40,000 nt of DNA from an uncultured phage cr4_1: the sequence record NC_055893.1; one strand, 5' to 3'. This document shows, piece by piece, positions 28,309 through 36,134 of this stretch (the stretch's first letter is position 1; every line of letters starts with the position of its first letter). The notes under the pieces were generated by a model that worked only from the letters and a program-made list of their open reading frames with translations, was not told where the DNA came from and searched no databases. The position numbers were made by a program, and so were the translations under genes.

Positions 28309-29176
28309 AGAAATAGAGTAAGCGCATTAATATGGCTATGGAAAACACCACCATAAGCTATGCTAAGAGCTACGTACGATATACCGCCTCATTTTCTCTT
28401 ACTCTATTTATATTGGAACTTAATTATTGTATTCTTCTTGTCCAGGGAAGATACTCATCCGTCTTATGGTTGAAAGTGTTCGCACCGACAGCGGATTCAG
28501 ATGCGACTACACTACTCAGAATAAAAAGCTGATACTTATTGTTCAGTTAGTATCATACTGTCAAACACCTCATTAAGCCTGTCGAGGTATAGCTATATTC
28601 CTTATGTTTGCTTTAGTTGGTTGCTACTAAGATGTGCACTCACAGCGAACCTAACTGTGCATCTACCACGTGGATTAGTAACATATCTGTCTACCTTAGC
28701 TTATACTCCTATGTGCATTAGAAGCGAGATAGTACACTATATTACTTATTTGACTCAGTATTTATACAGGCTTGTCACTGACTATAGGCTACCTTACATC
28801 CACGTTAAATTCCAAATAAATGGTAGGATACGATACTTGCTATGAGTAAGAATGTTGCTATTACTAAGCATATTTCAAACTCTTTGTCACTTGGATAATT
28901 GTTTTTAGTATTCATATTCTATTGATTTTGCGTTTTACACCTAACATGACTTTGATAGTTTAAATTGATATTAAAATACTAAATTCGCTATATATTGTAA
29001 GGATAACAAAATCTACTTACGAAATTCATTGTCATAAGTGGAGTATATGAGCCAAACCAACACTCCTACCCAAAAGATTGTGTAAATCCAGTCGACTGCT
29101 TCTGCCATATTGTAGTGATTATGAGATGTTTATAGATTAATGCAAAAGAATAAGATTAGGGCATTAGCCCTAACTC

Positions 29177-29638
29177 TTATTCGTCAGAGTCGTCAGACAT
29201 TTCAACGAAATCGTCCTCGTCGATACGGCTCTCAAGACTGGCTCTAAGACTGGCAACAGTCTCACCAGGCAGCATCACAACGGTAGCTCGGTTAGATATC
29301 GCCTTTTCCCCATTACGGCTCTTACGATACTTCTTCCTCCCACCTTCCTCATAAGTAACGTAGTGAGGTCTCATATCCAGAGTCACTACTTCACCTACAG
29401 TCGTAATCCAAGTGCTTGGGTCGTCAATGTCGCCTTCCCACTTGTCATTGTCCTTCAACCTCTTCTCTACTTGTTTGTACAAGAAGCCTGTACGAGTCTT
29501 GGCATTCTCAAAAATAGCCTTACTGTACATACCAGACGCCATTACACCGTCTTCTTCAGCTAATAAAGATAACAATACATAGTCATTGTCATCCTTGTCC
29601 TTCAAGACCTCAGCGCCGTAAACAAATAATTTCTTCAT
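29177..29638 (-). CDS. hypothetical protein, first gene of the leftward block
   Basis: 153-aa ORF next to the divergent switch. Confidence 0.65.
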   Translation of the reverse strand: MKKLFVYGAEVLKDKDDNDYVLLSLLAEEDGVMASGMYSKAIFENAKTRTGFLYKQVEKRLKDNDKWEGDIDDPSTWITTVGEVVTLDMRPHYVTYEEGGRKKYRKSRNGEKAISNRATVVMLPGETVASLRASLESRIDEDDFVEMSDDSDE

Positions 29639-29766
29639 AATTTTGTCCTCCTAAATTTAGATTTGAATTCTGATGTTCCTATCGGGGTGTCTTCGCCCGA
29701 ATACGTATAGGGGGTCCCTGAAGTTTGGTACTCCACACACGCGGGCTTTCTCTATAAAAATTTTTT

Positions 29767-29826
29767 TGTTAAAAATTGTTAAAATATTGAAGTTAAATAG
29801 CCATAATTGTTGTTAATAAATGTTAA
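29767..29826. promoter_or_regulatory. divergent regulatory region with repeated TGTTAA motifs
   Basis: TGTTAA at 29767, 29777, 29811 and 29821, plus AGTTAA at 29791. Confidence 0.4.
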
Positions 29827-29954
29827 AGAAATGGTAACTAACACATAGTATGAGACGTTTATAGGGGAGTAAGAGGGGTTACTAATACAGACTAATAAGT
29901 TCTATATCATAAGTAAGCCATTATAATTACTCTTACTTTAGATAACACTGTAAT

Positions 29955-30164
29955 ATGAAATATAGACTTATAGATAAGTTATTAGACTTTAAAGAATCTA
30001 ATGTTATATTTGAGGATAAGGAAGTAAAATATATAGAATCAGTAGATGATGGATGGGCATGGATAGTTCTGATTGATAGTGAGTATTACAAATTAGAACA
30101 AGGTCTACCAGAATATGAGGGGAATATATACTTACAAAAAGTTGAAATTTTAGACAATGAATAA
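29955..30164 (+). CDS. small acidic hypothetical protein
   Basis: 69-aa ORF at start of rightward operon. Confidence 0.55.
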   Translation: MKYRLIDKLLDFKESNVIFEDKEVKYIESVDDGWAWIVLIDSEYYKLEQGLPEYEGNIYLQKVEILDNE

Positions 30165-30348
30165 AGTAAATAAGATAGATAAGGCTTACTCTGGTAAGAT
30201 AGTATATCATGGTAATAAACCATATCAGTTAGTACCAGAGTTGAAGAAAGGTATGTGTGAAGGTTGTAGTTTGTATAATAGTAGTTGCCCTACTAGAGTT
30301 ACCGGTTACTGTACTCAAGGTTATATACTTAAGAAGATTATATTATGA
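30157..30348 (+). CDS. small Cys-cluster protein (MCEGCSLYNSSCPTRVTGYC)
   Basis: 63-aa ORF, overlapping neighbours. Confidence 0.6.
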   Translation: MNKVNKIDKAYSGKIVYHGNKPYQLVPELKKGMCEGCSLYNSSCPTRVTGYCTQGYILKKIIL

Positions 30349-30569
30349 CGGTAGAGTTAGATAGAGATGACTTAGTAAATCTTATCATAGGATGCAGTGG
30401 TCCTTATTATACTATAATGGATAAGTATAATGAAAAAGGATTAAATCTAGGTCATTATGTAGGTGGATTTGTAGACTCTTGGAGATGGAATGATAAATGT
30501 AGTTTTAAAGATTTAACTGAAGACCAACTTTGGGAGATATACTTAGATATAAAGAAATCATGGAAGTAA
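30345..30569 (+). CDS. small hypothetical protein
   Basis: 74-aa ORF. Confidence 0.5.
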   Translation: MTVELDRDDLVNLIIGCSGPYYTIMDKYNEKGLNLGHYVGGFVDSWRWNDKCSFKDLTEDQLWEIYLDIKKSWK

Positions 30570-30826
30570 AAGAGATAATAGATAAAGTATATGAGACTAT
30601 AGACAGTCTATACGAAGATGGTGAATTAAAACCTTATATGAGAGTATATGTAGACAAAGACATTATACCTGAATTGTTTAAATCTATAACTGGTACTTAC
30701 ACAGACAACAATCCAGACACTTATATTTTTAAGTATAGAAGTACTTATAATACTGATATAGAATTTGTAGGTATTGATAGTAATCTGATGAATGGTAACC
30801 TTATATACTTTGTAGATGGAGAATAA
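30530..30826 (+). CDS. small acidic hypothetical protein (start may be internal, e.g. EVKEIIDKVYE…)
   Basis: 98-aa ORF. Confidence 0.5.
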   Translation: MGDILRYKEIMEVKEIIDKVYETIDSLYEDGELKPYMRVYVDKDIIPELFKSITGTYTDNNPDTYIFKYRSTYNTDIEFVGIDSNLMNGNLIYFVDGE

Positions 30827-31046
30827 AAAGATAGTAGAATATTACCCTTCAAATGAAGGTTTAAAGAACATTTACAGCAAGTTCCTAAAATTTGGTAGTA
30901 TTGAAGACCTCGACAATTTAATTCTTCTTTATACCAACGATATAAGAAAAAAGGTGATAAATTCTTATATAGAAGACGGGGAAGATGAAGAGATGGCTCA
31001 ATTTATAGTTGATTACTTTGAATATATCTATGGAAAATATAAGTAA
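30816..31046 (+). CDS. small acidic hypothetical protein
   Basis: 76-aa ORF. Confidence 0.5.
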   Translation: MENKKIVEYYPSNEGLKNIYSKFLKFGSIEDLDNLILLYTNDIRKKVINSYIEDGEDEEMAQFIVDYFEYIYGKYK

Positions 31047-31206
31047 TAAACACTTAATACCCATCTGGTTTAATGATAAAGAATTTGCCCTAGTAGAGGA
31101 AGAATTTCTTACTGAAATGAATAAACAGATAGAAAGGTTACTGACTACTAAAACAGATACTATAAAGATAATTCCAGAAGAATGGCAATGGGAAGTAAAA
31201 CTATGA
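31009..31206 (+). CDS. small hypothetical protein
   Basis: 65-aa ORF ending CTATGA, overlapping next start. Confidence 0.5.
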   Translation: MITLNISMENISNKHLIPIWFNDKEFALVEEEFLTEMNKQIERLLTTKTDTIKIIPEEWQWEVKL

Positions 31207-31514
31207 AAGAAGGAAAAAAGAATGATTTCCAAGACGGTAAGCTAAGATGGGATTTACTGCCTTTAGAAGAAATTGAAGATATAGTTAAAGTATATACATC
31301 TGGTGCTAATAAGTATGGTGAGAATACTTGGCAATTATTGGACAATGGTTATCAGAGATATAAAGCTGCTATGTTAAGACACTTACTTGAGTATGAGAAA
31401 GGTAATAAGGTTGATGAAGATACAGGTTGTCAACATTTAGCCCAAGTAGCTTGGAATGCAATAGCTATGCTTTACTTAGATAAACACGGAAAAGGAAAGG
31501 AGATAAAAGAATGA
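31203..31514 (+). CDS. dATP/dGTP diphosphohydrolase-like (DUF5664) protein
   Basis: KNDFQDGKLRWDLLPLEEIEDIVKVYTSGANKYGENTWQ…YKAAMLRHLLEYEKG…DEDTGCQHLAQVAWNAIAML. Confidence 0.75.
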   Translation: MKEGKKNDFQDGKLRWDLLPLEEIEDIVKVYTSGANKYGENTWQLLDNGYQRYKAAMLRHLLEYEKGNKVDEDTGCQHLAQVAWNAIAMLYLDKHGKGKEIKE

Positions 31515-31587
31515 GTTTTTGGTTTGGTGTTATAGTTGGCATACTTAGTATGTATACTATATATAAAGTTAAGGAGAATTTAAAGTT

Positions 31588-31788
31588 ATGACGTTATATG
31601 ATCCAGAATTAGCTGAGATAATAAGGAAGGGTACTCCAGTAGAGATACAAAGTAAATAGTTTATAATAGAGCCTTCCAGGGGTGGTAGATGTGATGGCTG
31701 TTACTTTCAAAACCAATTGAGATGTCCAACAAGAGCTGTTACATACTGTACCTCTAATGGTGGTAATATACTTAAAATAAAAGAGTAA
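31588..31788 (+). CDS. Cys-cluster small protein with one in-frame TAG (31657-31659); absent from ORF track
   Basis: MTLYDPELAEIIRKGTPVEIQSK-[TAG]-FIIEPSRGGRCDGCYFQNQLRCPTRAVTYCTSNGGNILKIKE-TAA. Confidence 0.75.
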
Positions 31789-31836
31789 TTTTTTAGAACT
31801 ATTTAGCATACTATACGTTATAGTAATAAACCAAGT

Positions 31837-32205
31837 TTGAAGAATATGAGTGACGAAGATAAGATATTAGAAACAGTCTTAAACAGACTGAACTACAAGT
31901 TCCTTAAAGATGTTCTAGTAAAACCATTAGAACCTGTAATGGTTACTAAGGAATTTACAGAACAAGTTCCTACGGGGGAAGTAGATGAAGAAGGCTTTAA
32001 TAAGTACGAGACAAAGACAGAGACTAAAGAAGTAGAATCTGAATATGGTACTGGTATTGTATTAGCCCTTCCCACTTGTGTAGCAGAACCTGAATTTAGA
32101 GTAGGGGACAAAGTAGTTTACAATAAAAAGTTCTCTAAGGACTTTGATTTATTCAAAGATAGTCAGTTAGTCAAACCATTTGATGTAATTGCTGTTTGCG
32201 AATAA
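31837..32205 (+). CDS. putative GroES-like co-chaperonin
   Basis: 'DVLVKPLEPVMVTKEF…YGTGIVLALP…FRVGDKVVYNKKFSKDFDLFKDSQLVKPFDVIAVCE' follows the Cpn10 order. Fold assignment by eye. Confidence 0.5.
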   Translation: MKNMSDEDKILETVLNRLNYKFLKDVLVKPLEPVMVTKEFTEQVPTGEVDEEGFNKYETKTETKEVESEYGTGIVLALPTCVAEPEFRVGDKVVYNKKFSKDFDLFKDSQLVKPFDVIAVCE

Positions 32206-32303
32206 GAAAAAAGATTTAATTTCAAGCATAAACGCCCAATCTACTTGAATTTAGATTTTTCATAAACATGTTTTTATTATGAATATTAAATTGATAGATA
32301 GTT

Positions 32304-32330
32304 AACCCCAGTCTCACGCTGGGGTTTTCT
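32304..32330 (+). terminator. intrinsic terminator
   Basis: AACCCCAG-tctcacg-CTGGGGTTTT. Confidence 0.85.
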
Positions 32331-32336
32331 ATTATC

Positions 32337-32384
32337 TGTTAATGAAATGTTAACAAATGTTAAAAAGTATTAACAGTCTGTTAA
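32337..32384 (+). promoter_or_regulatory. phased TGTTAA repeat array between terminator and next gene
   Basis: TGTTAA at 32337, 32348, 32358 and 32379, degenerate TATTAA at 32368; spacing 10-11 bp. Confidence 0.5.
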
Positions 32385-32402
32385 CAAAGGCGTTTTAGTG
32401 TC

Positions 32403-32480
32403 ATGGAAGATAAATGTTGGCTATTAGCAATACTGATCGGAGTATTAGTAATGTGGGCCTGTAAAAAGTTAGAAAAATGA
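32403..32480 (+). CDS. 25-aa small membrane protein MEDKCWLLAILIGVLVMWACKKLEK
   Basis: Short ORF with TM segment, coupled (ATGA) to the next gene. Confidence 0.4.
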   Translation: MEDKCWLLAILIGVLVMWACKKLEK

Positions 32481-32860
32481 TGTCAGATTATAAAGTAATT
32501 AAAGATTGTGGGTTACTTAAGAAGGGTGACCTATTGTTTTGGAACGGAATGGAAGAAGCATATACTTTAGATGAGTCTAAGGATGGTTGTGAGCGTTCCA
32601 TTATGATCAATGATAAACTTGCAGAGGAACTGTATAACGACGGTTATTTTACTACAATTGCTACTGATAAGTCAATTGTTAAAGATACTGTTGATTTCAT
32701 TGATAATTTAATTGAACAGTACAAGAGTGATTTACTAGAAGTACAGAATAAATTTGAAAAAGGTGAAGTACAACCTTGTGTCAAAGTAGAATCCGAAACA
32801 GTACTGTACAATTTGATTAAGTTGGCTAATAGTATTAAAGGTAAATTAGAGAATGAATAA
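32477..32860 (+). CDS. hypothetical protein
   Basis: 127-aa ORF. Confidence 0.6.
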   Translation: MMSDYKVIKDCGLLKKGDLLFWNGMEEAYTLDESKDGCERSIMINDKLAEELYNDGYFTTIATDKSIVKDTVDFIDNLIEQYKSDLLEVQNKFEKGEVQPCVKVESETVLYNLIKLANSIKGKLENE

Positions 32861-33245
32861 ATTAGTTAAAGGTGTCTCTAAAACTGATTTATACAACGAA
32901 TTCTTGAAAAGCCTAAACGGTATATTAGATCTTACTGACAGGGAGTTACAATTACTATCTACATTTATATAGTTAGATATAAATACACCAAAACTCCCTA
33001 ATATCAGTAAGAATGTAATAAGTACTGAAAATAGAAAGTATATCAGAAAAACATTAGGCATTACTCCTGATAACTTAAGTAGATATATAACTAAGTTTAA
33101 GAATCAAGGTATACTTGTCAAAGGCAGAGTAGAAGATGAAGTAATGGTAAATAAAGCTTTAATACCAGAAGTAATCGGTGATAGAGTACAAATAACAATA
33201 GTGTTAAGATTAAATAAAGATGAAAGTACAATCAACAATGCTTGA
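32853..33245 (+). CDS. putative winged-helix-like protein with one in-frame TAG (32970-32972); absent from ORF track
   Basis: MNKLVKGVSKTDLYNEFLKSLNGILDLTDRELQLLSTFI-[TAG]-LDINTPKLPNISKNVISTENRKYIRKTLGITPDNLSRYITKFKNQGILVKGRVEDEVMVNKALIPEVIGDRVQITIVLRLNKDESTINNA-TGA. Confidence 0.8.
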
Positions 33246-33612
33246 ACCAGGTTCCATTATAGTTTGGAAAGATTATAATTTCCTTAAGAAAGCTTGGTAT
33301 GGTCTATGGAATAAGCATTTGCCTTACAATAGGTTTACTCTTATTACTCAGAAAACGGAGTTACTAAGTATTAATGGAAACTTTGATAACGAAACAGCAA
33401 TATATGAACCTATACGTAAGTATAGTAAATTAGAAGCTAATAAACTAGCTATAATAGCTAATGACTTACATTACTCTAGTAATTGGTTAGATATAGCAGA
33501 TGTTATCAACGTAATTAGACCAAATACTATCGGTGGACCTATTACTCTAAATGAATGTAGATACTATAAAAGAGTAAAGTTCAATGAAAGATCAACCCAG
33601 TATATATACTAA
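33238..33612 (+). CDS. hypothetical protein
   Basis: ORF 33220..33612; ATG at 33238 gives MLEPGSIIVWKDYNFLKK… overlapping the previous stop. Confidence 0.65.
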   Translation: MLEPGSIIVWKDYNFLKKAWYGLWNKHLPYNRFTLITQKTELLSINGNFDNETAIYEPIRKYSKLEANKLAIIANDLHYSSNWLDIADVINVIRPNTIGGPITLNECRYYKRVKFNERSTQYIY

Positions 33613-33775
33613 ACTAAGTAATAAGTACAACTTACCTTATTAGATCATCGAAGTAATATGTAATAGTCCTTTTAGGTTTACTAATGAAGCTATAACTAAT
33701 TAGGATAATAAACCTATCAGATTTACTTACTTGGGTAAAATTAAATTAAAGAAAAGATATGAAGAAAATACTTAA
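33584..33775 (+). CDS. 63-aa small protein with two in-frame TAGs (33641-33643, 33701-33703); absent from ORF track
   Basis: MKDQPSIYTKLSNKYNLPY-[TAG]-IIEVICNSPFRFTNEAITN-[TAG]-DNKPIRFTYLGKIKLKKRYEENT-TAA. Confidence 0.8.
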
Positions 33776-34190
33776 TACATACGATCCTGTAATTTATCCT
33801 AGAAAGCTATGGGTAGCTAACTATGCTGAAGGTTTAGATAAGAAGTTCGTATTTTGTAATATAGAAGACTTTAACATAGTTAATGAAGATACCTATAAGA
33901 GCTTAGTAGAAGAGTTCTATGAAGAGTATACTGCGGCAGTTACAATACCAGTACACTACAAAGCTACAGGAGAGGCAGGTGTATTAGTAGTTATTTTCAA
34001 TCCAGATAATCTTGAGGATGCAATAAATACTATTGCTCACGAAGCTACACATGTTACAGATTACATGTATGATTCATTGGGTTTGTCAGCAGAGTGTTTT
34101 CATAGAAATGAAAACTATGCATATTTACTTGGATGGGCTGCAGGCTCTATAAGTAGTAGTTTAATTAAATTTAAAGAAGAAAATGACTAA
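33759..34190 (+). CDS. zincin-like protein with HExxH motif
   Basis: 'INTIAHEATHVTDYMYDSLG'. Confidence 0.6.
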   Translation: MKKILNTYDPVIYPRKLWVANYAEGLDKKFVFCNIEDFNIVNEDTYKSLVEEFYEEYTAAVTIPVHYKATGEAGVLVVIFNPDNLEDAINTIAHEATHVTDYMYDSLGLSAECFHRNENYAYLLGWAAGSISSSLIKFKEEND

Positions 34191-34584
34191 AGAAGAAAGC
34201 ATTGCAATGTGGAAAGTAGAGAAAGCTCATACAGACAAGAATCTACTTACAAAGAAAATGAATAAACTCTTTGATTTAGTAGAAGAGTTGATTATGAATG
34301 GAGATCTTATGTATGATCAGTTTAGTGGTGACATGCTAGATGAAGTAACTACTACTATTATAGAAAATGGTAAGAATGAAACTAACTTAGATAGAGCTGC
34401 ACAGATTGATCTTATATGTGAGAGATTATATGAAAAATATACGAAGCAACATAACAACTCAGAGTCTGGAGAAGGAGATAATGGAGTTCTAGCAGATAAT
34501 ACAGAAGTATCAGATGAATCCGGAGTATGTACATCCGAAGATACCTCTGACACTAGCATAGAGCATACTACAGAAATTGAGTAA
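34183..34584 (+). CDS. acidic hypothetical protein
   Basis: 133-aa ORF. Confidence 0.6.
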   Translation: MTKEESIAMWKVEKAHTDKNLLTKKMNKLFDLVEELIMNGDLMYDQFSGDMLDEVTTTIIENGKNETNLDRAAQIDLICERLYEKYTKQHNNSESGEGDNGVLADNTEVSDESGVCTSEDTSDTSIEHTTEIE

Positions 34585-34628
34585 AGAATATTATTTAGGT
34601 TACAGAATAGATTAAAAAATTAGACATT

Positions 34629-34973
34629 ATGAATAAATATATTTTAACTGGACAACGTGCACTTATAAAGCTTAATACAGAAACACTAAAGGTCGATAGT
34701 ATTGGTGCTTCATATAATGTAGATTATATATGGCTTATCGAAGAAGACGGAGTTATTACTTACTTTGATAAAGAATACGAAGTAAAAGCAGGTAATGTAG
34801 TGATGTTGATGTATCGAATTGGGGATGAGGAACACGGTGACATCATCGTAATTGATAACAAAGATCTTACTAATCACTACGAACGTAGAAAGAAGTACTA
34901 CGAAGAGCAAAAGGGCAGAGAGAAAGCTAAAGATTGTTGCTGTGACTGTGAATGTGTATCTCAAAGTTGCTAA
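34629..34973 (+). CDS. hypothetical protein with C-terminal Cys cluster (CCCDCECVSQSC)
   Basis: 114-aa ORF. Confidence 0.6.
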   Translation: MNKYILTGQRALIKLNTETLKVDSIGASYNVDYIWLIEEDGVITYFDKEYEVKAGNVVMLMYRIGDEEHGDIIVIDNKDLTNHYERRKKYYEEQKGREKAKDCCCDCECVSQSC

Positions 34974-34975
34974 TT

Positions 34976-35284
34976 ATGGATAAATTATTAATTGATTAGT
35001 ATGGTAATAAGACTCTGTATAATACAGAGACTAATTCCATTAAAACTACACCCTCAGACTTTGATGTTAGATGCGCATTCTTTGCTGAATAGGATGGACA
35101 AATAATTACTGAAACCGAAGTAATAGACTATAATGCAGGTGACTTAATACTGTACTTTGTACATTGGAACGGTGTTGATTATGACACTAAAGCGGTAATA
35201 TGTACTGACATAGTCGCTAAGGATGACATCAGCAGATGGTTCAGAAGTCTGACTAAGAAGATCGAATCTAATGAAACTATTTGA
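34976..35284 (+). CDS. 102-aa hypothetical protein with two in-frame TAGs; absent from ORF track
   Basis: MDKLLID-[TAG]-YGNKTLYNTETNSIKTTPSDFDVRCAFFAE-[TAG]-DGQIITETEVIDYNAGDLILYFVHWNGVDYDTKAVICTDIVAKDDISRWFRSLTKKIESNETI-TGA, overlapping the next gene. Confidence 0.78.
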
Positions 35285-35801
35285 TATTCAAGGAGGTAGA
35301 GTAATTATTCATTCAGATGCTTTAGGTATCCCATGCTTTAAAAAAGTATGGGATGCTGATAAAGCAGATAAAGAATATGCTACTAAAGTAATCAGTTATA
35401 TAGTACTAATGAACAAATGGAATAGCCCATATGTTCAAAGTATGGAAGCTGAAACTAGAGAGCCCAAACTCAAAAAGGAAATATTTGGTGATGAAAACTA
35501 CCAACTTACTGCTGAAGAAATTAGCTGTGAAAATGACTATAAAGCATTCTGTCATACTCGTACGCTGGAGATGCTTGATAACATGAGGCTAAAGCTAGAC
35601 AGTATCAGTAAGTATTATAAAGAATCCCTTGACGATACTCTTGATGAAAAGAAAATTAAAGACCTATTAGCTGGTATGACATCAGTAGGTAACGTACTCA
35701 AGAGTATAGATACTTTAGAGAATATGGTTAAAGCTGAAGAAGTAGCTATAGGTAAAGTCAAAGGTGATGCCAAGATTAATCCTTATGAGTTGGCGAGATA
35801 A
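35271..35801 (+). CDS. hypothetical phage protein
   Basis: 176-aa ORF. Confidence 0.7.
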   Translation: MKLFDIQGGRVIIHSDALGIPCFKKVWDADKADKEYATKVISYIVLMNKWNSPYVQSMEAETREPKLKKEIFGDENYQLTAEEISCENDYKAFCHTRTLEMLDNMRLKLDSISKYYKESLDDTLDEKKIKDLLAGMTSVGNVLKSIDTLENMVKAEEVAIGKVKGDAKINPYELAR

Positions 35802-35858
35802 TACAGCAAAATGCAACCTAAATTAAACAACACGTTTAGAACAATATAAAGAGAAATT

Positions 35859-35996
35859 ATGAAAGCACAATATGATATTACAATTGATTTGACTAAAGGT
35901 CAAGAAGAATTCTGGAGACAGATTGATGAAATAGACAATATTCTGAAGCCTAAAAAGGGTTTATGGAGTAGAATCAAAGCTTGGTTCAAACGATAA
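35859..35996 (+). CDS. 45-aa small protein MKAQYDITIDLTKGQEEFWRQIDEIDNILKPKKGLWSRIKAWFKR
   Basis: Short ORF on coding strand filling the gap. Confidence 0.45.
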   Translation: MKAQYDITIDLTKGQEEFWRQIDEIDNILKPKKGLWSRIKAWFKR

Positions 35997-36036
35997 TTTT
36001 AATGGCCTAACGTGGGGGCTTATACCCACGTGATAT

Positions 36037-36111
36037 TGGGGTGTAACGTAACGGTAGCGTCGGAGATTCTAAACCTCTATGTGAGTGGGTTCGATTCCTA
36101 CCACCCCTACC
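36037..36111 (+). tRNA. suppressor tRNA, anticodon CTA (reads UAG), Gln-like acceptor start
   Basis: TGGGGTG-TA-ACG-TAACGGTAG-CGT-C-GGAGA-TTCTAAA-CCTCT-ATGTGA-GTGGG-TTCGATT-CCTAC-CACCCCT-A-CCA. One A·C mismatch at 31-39 and T·T at 1-72. Confidence 0.85.
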
Positions 36112-36134
36112 AATTTCATATAAAACTTGCAGAT

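Larger units (their letters stand above)
27600..29170 (-). ncRNA. ORF-poor, hairpin-rich block; candidate large structured RNA(s)
   Basis: Perfect helices AATTGTAAT/ATTACAATT (28121-28150), AAATAGAGTAAG/CTTACTCTATTT (28311-28322/28398-28409, 12 bp), TGATACT/AGTATCA (28530-28555) and GTGGTAG/CTACCAC (28051-28074). Strand inferred. Confidence 0.45.

Noticed and set aside
28332-28845. Plus-strand ORFs 28332..28532 and 28621..28845
   Set aside because: They overlap the 12-bp long-range helix and other stems, have no recognisable domain and lie antisense to neighbours.
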